From positions 269,700,001 to 269,764,000 of the forward strand of contig CM126204.1 in NCBI GenBank assembly GCA_052327205.1: a stretch of 64,000 bases of DNA, read 5' to 3'. This document shows positions 61,200 to 64,000 of this stretch, piece after piece. The notes below the pieces were generated by a model. It had not been told where the DNA came from and searched no databases. It saw nothing but the letters and a program-made list of their open reading frames with translations. Within the stretch, counting starts at the first letter, position 1, and every line of letters begins with the position of its first letter. The stretch comes from Somniosus microcephalus. Its lineage: Eukaryota. The translations under genes and the position numbers were made by a program.

Positions 61200-64000
61200 G
61201 CCGCTTAAAAGCGGTGGCTGATTCAGCGAGGCGAGGCCCGACCAGAGCATCGGACCTGTGAGGGAGCAGTGACCGGCGGCAGTTTCAGCAAGGCGAGACG
61301 TACCAATTCAACAGCAGGGGAAGAGAGGTAAAAAGTAATCCAAGTGTGACGTCACCAGGAAGCAGTTAAGTGATTGGTTGGTGAGTATTTCTTTCTCCTT
61401 TTCATTACAAGCTTAAATTCTGCGGTTTATATTTTCTTGGGTCTCTGTGGTGTAGTGGGGACAGTTGGTAAATAAGCGCCCTAGAGTATATCTTTAACTG
61501 GTGGTATTGAATTAATTCAAATTAATTAAAGGGGTAAATCATGCCAGGAGAGCCCAGCCCCGTGTTATGCTCCTCTTGCTCTATGTGGGAATTCAGGGAC
61601 GCTGCCAGTGTCCCTGACGACCACGTGTGCCAGAAATGCATCCAGCTGCAGCTAATAACGGGCCATATTGAGGCGCTGGAGCTGCGGATGGATGGGTTGT
61701 GGAGCATTCACGATGCCGAGAGGGTCGTGGATTACACGTTTGATGAGTTGGTCACGCCACAGGGTAGGGCTGCACAGGCAGAAGGGAAATGGGTGACCAT
61801 CAGGCGGAGCAATAGAAGCAGGCAGGTAGTGCAGGGGACCCCTGTGGCCATCCCCCTTTCAAACAGGTATACCACTTTGGATACTGTTGAGGGGGATGAC
61901 TCACCAGTGGAAGGCAGCAGCAGCCAACTTCCTGGCACCAGGGGTGCGCTTCTGCTGCTCAGGAAGGGAGGAAAAAGAGTGGGAGAGCAATAGTGGTAGG
62001 GGATTCTATCGTAAGGGGAACAGATAGGCGTTTCTGTGGCCGTAGACGTAACTCCAGGATGGTTTGTTGCCTCCCTGGTGCCAGGGTCAAGGATGTTACT
62101 GAACGGCTGCAGCGCATTCTGAAGCGGGAGGGTGAACCGGCAGAGGTCATGGTTCACATTGGGACCAACGACATAGGTAGGAAGAGGGATGAGGCCCTGC
62201 AGCAAGAATTTAGGGAGCTAGGTAGCAGATTAAAGAGTAGGACCTCAAAGGTTGTAATCTCTGGATTACTCCCGGTGCCACGTGCTAGCGAGTATAGGAA
62301 TAGGAGGATAGAGCAGATGAATGCGTGGCTAGAGAGTTGGTGCAGGAGGGAGGGCTTTAGTTTCCTGGATCACTGGGCCTGCTTCTGGGGAAGGTGGGAC
62401 TTGTACAAGTCGGACGGGTTGCACCTGAACCAGAGCGGGACAAATATCCTTGCGGGGAGGTTTGCTAGCACTGTTCGGGGGGGTTTAAACTAAAATGGCA
62501 GGGGGTTGGGAGACAGAGGAAAGGAAAACAGGGATAAAAGCAAAAGATAGGAAGGAGAAAAACAAAAGTGGCAGTCAGAGAAATCAACAGTTTAAATCAA
62601 ACATGGCCACAGTAAATAATAATTCTAATAGGTCTAAGAGCGTTAAAAAAACAAGCCTGAAGGCTTTGTGTCTTAATGCGAGGAGCATCTGTAATAAGGT
62701 GGATGAATTGGCTGTGCAAATAGAGGTAAACGAATATGATTTGGTTGGGATTACGGAAACGTGGCTCAAGGATGGCCAAGACTCGGAACTCAACAACCAG
62801 GGGTATTCGATAGTCAGGAAAGCTAGGCAAAAAGGAAAGGGAGGTGGGGTAGCATTACTGGTTAAAGAAGGGATTAATACAATTGTAATGAAGGATATTA
62901 GCTCTGATGATGTGGAATCTGTATGGGTAGAATTAAGAAATACTAAGGGGAAAAAAACATTAGTGGGAGTGATATATAGACCTCCAAACAGTAAGGCGGA
63001 GGTTGGGGATGGCATTAAAAGGGAAATTAAAGAAGCGTGCAATAAGGGCACGGCAGTCATCATGGGTGACTTTAATCTACATATAGATTGGACCAACCAA
63101 ATTAGTAACAATACTGTGGAGGAGGAATTCCTGGACCAATATGTCGAGGAACCAACCAGAGATCAGGCCATCTTAGACTGGGTATTATGTAACGAGAAAG
63201 GATTAATTAGCAATCTTGTTGTACGAGGCCCCTTGGGTCGGAGCGATCATAATATGATCGAATTCTTCATTACGATGGAGAATGAAGTAGTTGACTCAGA
63301 GACAAGGGTCCTCAATTTTAATAAAGGAAACTACGATGGTCTGAGGAGCGAGTTGGGTAGGATTAATTGGGGAATGGCACTCAAAGGGTTGACGGTGGAT
63401 AGGCAATGGCAAACATTCAAAGACCGAATGGATGAGCTACAGAAATAGTTTGGCATAAAAATAAAACAAAAAAGGTGACTCAACCGTGGCTAACAAGGGA
63501 AATTAGGGATAGCATAAGATCCAAGGAGACGACATATAAATTGGCCAGAAAAAGCAATAATCCTGAGGATTGGGAGCAGTTTAGGAGTCAAAGGAAGACA
63601 AAGGGATTAATTAAGAAAGAGAAAATAGAATGAGAGAGTAAGCTAGCAGGGAACATAAAAACTGACGTAAAAGCTTTTATAGATATGTGAAGAGAAAAAG
63701 ATTGGTGAAGTCAAGCGTAGGTCCCTTACGGTCAGAATCAGGGGAATTTATAATGGGAAACAAGGAAATGGCAGACCAACTAAATACATACTTTGGTTCT
63801 GTCTTCACAGAGGACACAAATAACCTCCCAGAGATGCCGGGGAACATAGGGTCTGATGAAAGGGAGGAACTGAAAGAAATCAGTATTTGTAGGGAAATGG
63901 TGTTAGGAAAATTGATGGGACTGAAGGCAGATAAATCCCCAGGGCCTGATAATCTACATCCCAGGGTACTTAAGGAAGTGGCCCTGGAGATAGTAGATGC
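61200..64000 (+). mobile_element. 5' part of a near full-length CR1 family A element (5' UTR, ORF1, start of ORF2); continues past the window
   Basis: ORF1 61541-62493 (one frameshift) has a CSSC..CQKC zinc finger, LSNRY and an SGNH esterase (VGDS, HIGTND, DGLHLN). ORF2 from 62495 has the APE motifs NARS, GITETW, GDFN and SDH, then a stop and frameshifts. Confidence 0.95.

Overview
This is vertebrate genomic DNA, most likely a shark or other cartilaginous fish, judged from the CR1, HE1/V-SINE, Deu-SINE and Penelope repeat families. It is not prokaryotic. The only host gene I can support is SLC30A7 (ZnT7, Golgi zinc transporter) on the minus strand. Coding exons 3-11 (numbered by homology to human) lie between 60252 and 16149, all with GT-AG boundaries and consistent phases, and exons 1-2 are beyond the right edge. 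The rest is mostly mobile DNA. It includes a full-length decayed Harbinger with both genes (3101-7200), a full-length Mag-type Gypsy element (29759-34451), a solo LTR (9812-10156), three TA-flanked Tigger/pogo-type MITEs, many CR1 and L2 LINE pieces, SINEs and Penelope relics. The best leads are three. First, inverted same-family CR1 copies bracket exons 3-8, whose 675 nt would circularise into a stop-free reading frame. Second, a hammerhead-like Penelope relic with a target duplication sits in the probable 3' UTR. Third, the Harbinger target site resembles the zebrafish Harbinger3_DR consensus but has an unusual TCT duplication. I found no clearly new biological system; these are hypotheses to test.
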